A stretch of 20,000 bases of DNA. Origin: Craspedostauros australis (taxonomy: Eukaryota). The notes beneath the pieces are model-generated. The model saw nothing but the letters and a program-made list of their open reading frames with translations, was not told the origin of the DNA and made no database searches. Positions 18,240 through 20,000 of the stretch are shown here, in pieces. Position 1 is the first letter of the stretch. Every line of letters begins with the position of its first letter. A program made the translations under genes and the position numbers. Location: positions 58,644-78,643 of the forward strand of contig JALAGF010001625.1 in assembly GCA_030167865.1 (NCBI GenBank), read 5' to 3'.

Positions 18240-19684
18240 TGTGTGCGGTTTCTCTTGGAGTTGGAATTGTTGTCGTAATTGGAGTTGCAGTGGCAATTGT
18301 GGGAGATTTGTGAGTGCTTCCAAACTCCCAGCCTTTCTCTCTCGCGCCGCCTCGTTGTCCAGCCGCTTAGTTCTGTGCTCACGATTGCGCAACGATGCTC
18401 AACTGCGAAGATGGTATTGTACCAGTTCCAGTACCAGTGCCAGTACGAGGATGTGTATTGTGGTTGTCAGATGCTTGGTGCTTACACCACGTGTACCGAC
18501 GGTAATGAGTCTCCCACCACGATTGCAGAGAGTGGTTATCGCGGCACAAATATTGGTATTGCACGACCAAGAGCAGAGTCTTCCAGAAGGAATAGAAGGT
18601 ATAATAGCTGGAAGCGTGGAATGGTACACTAGAGTACTCCAGTGTGAAACGTGACCCTTCAACGCGTGGAGCTTTGGGTTTGCTTCTCTCTCTGTTGTGC
18701 TCTCTCTTCCCCAAGTCTCAGTAATACGAATCGATGCCCAAGGATGCGCTGCCGTCTGAGCTGACACTGATAGAGGTGAGGTGATCTTGATGCGGTTAGC
18801 CTCAGTAGTCGTACGACTAGTAGTATGGTACCAATGCGGATGCGACAGAAGGTGGAGTGGCGGAATACAAAGAATGACGCCAGACGCCAATGAAAGCGGA
18901 TGCTGCTCCTTTGCACACTCGTCCCGCTTGCGCTGACAGATGAGTTCTGCGTGCGATGAATCAGATGAAGCTTGTGGAATCGTGGAATGTGGTGAAAGAG
19001 TGTGTTGGTATGTTGGTGTGTTGGTGAAGTGATGGAGTGGTCGAACGCGTGGAATCTTCTGCTCGACAACCTGCTCCGCCCCTCGACGATACTTGCACCA
19101 TCTGCCACCAAACACGCTACAATCGAAAGTACCCGCATCCATCACCAGCTGTCTCATCGCAGAGAGGTGGCATCCCCATTTCCACCACCCACCAACACAA
19201 CACGACACAAACGGAAGCGAAGCGAAGCGGAACGGCAGCCGAGAGACATCTGTCACCACCCACGATCGCGGCAGTCACTGTTTCCGTCACCACGCAACGT
19301 GTGACGTCGGCAACAAACAGAGTCCAGGTGGTCGATTACGAGCTCTACTACGAGCTGCACACGGAATAACAACACAGGACCAACGCTCTTCGCTTCTTGC
19401 TATCACGAGGTCTGAGGCGGTGACATCATCGTTGACGCGAGGTCCATGTCGAGGGAGCAGCGACATCCACGACTGACGCACACCAAACCGTGCGTTCTGC
19501 GCCAATCATTGCGGTTCTTTCTTTCGTCTTTGGGACGCGGAACATCGAAACCAGGGACACGCGGCAAAATGTCGAGTATGACCCCAAAACCTCATGACTT
19601 AAATACGAACGACAGTTTCAGTGACGTTTGATATTTATTTGGTCATCACGTCTAAATTGATAGTATCATGCTGTCATGTGTCAT

Positions 19685-19833
19685 TGTCGGGAATGTCGGG
19701 AATGTCGGGAGTTTTGTCGGGAATGTNNNNNNNNNNNNNNNNNNNNNNNNNNNNNNNNNNNNNNNNNNNNNNNNNNNNNNNNNNNNNNNNNNNNNNNNNN
19801 NNNNNNNNNNNNNNNNTGTCGGGAATGTCAGGA
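19685..19833. repeat. 9-bp tandem repeat (TGTCGGGAA)n spanning an assembly gap
   Basis: Units start at 19685, 19694, 19703 (variant) and 19715, with a partial at 19724. After the gap come 19817 and a variant at 19826. Confidence 0.9.
19727..19816. other. Assembly gap (90 N)
   Basis: A run of N flanked on both sides by the same 9-bp repeat. Confidence 0.99.
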
Positions 19834-20000
19834 TTCTCTCCAACACACACCCGCAGCTGATTCAGCACAGCCCCTGGCGACGGACAGACGAAAGAATGAA
19901 GAAAACAAAAACGTGTGTCGTGGTAACAACAGACACAGTCACACAGAGTGCGAAACCGACACGCTTGCGCTCATTTTGTGGATGTGCACTTGACTCAATG

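Noticed and set aside
18399-19259. 286-aa minus-strand ORF upstream of the large HAD-like gene
   Set aside because: It has a non-ATG start, no recognisable motifs, and a composition unlike the real genes. It is probably promoter or UTR sequence.

Overview
Eukaryotic, gene-dense window, most likely from a diatom or other stramenopile alga. This is inferred from the gene families, an ASAF-type bipartite plastid presequence, apparently intron-free ORFs and microsatellite-rich spacers. Five protein genes are supported: (1) the 3' part of a membrane-anchored FEA1/ISIP2a (phytotransferrin)-like protein; (2) a ~1500-aa single-module NRPS-like enzyme with a fatty acyl-AMP ligase, a carrier domain and a Pls/PosA-type membrane terminal domain; (3) a cystinosin-like PQ-loop transporter; (4) a membrane-anchored cyclophilin-like protein; (5) a ~2170-aa, probably plastid-targeted protein with a long acidic low-complexity N-terminal region and a degenerate HAD phosphatase whose cap region is repeated five times. 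The spacers hold several tandem repeats (40-, 18-, 12-, 11-, 9- and 5-bp units) and a 90-N assembly gap. I see no rRNA, tRNA, CRISPR array or transposase. The best candidates for undescribed biology are the FAAL-ACP-Pls-type synthetase and the five-cap pseudo-HAD protein. All family assignments come from motif recognition by eye, not from database searches.
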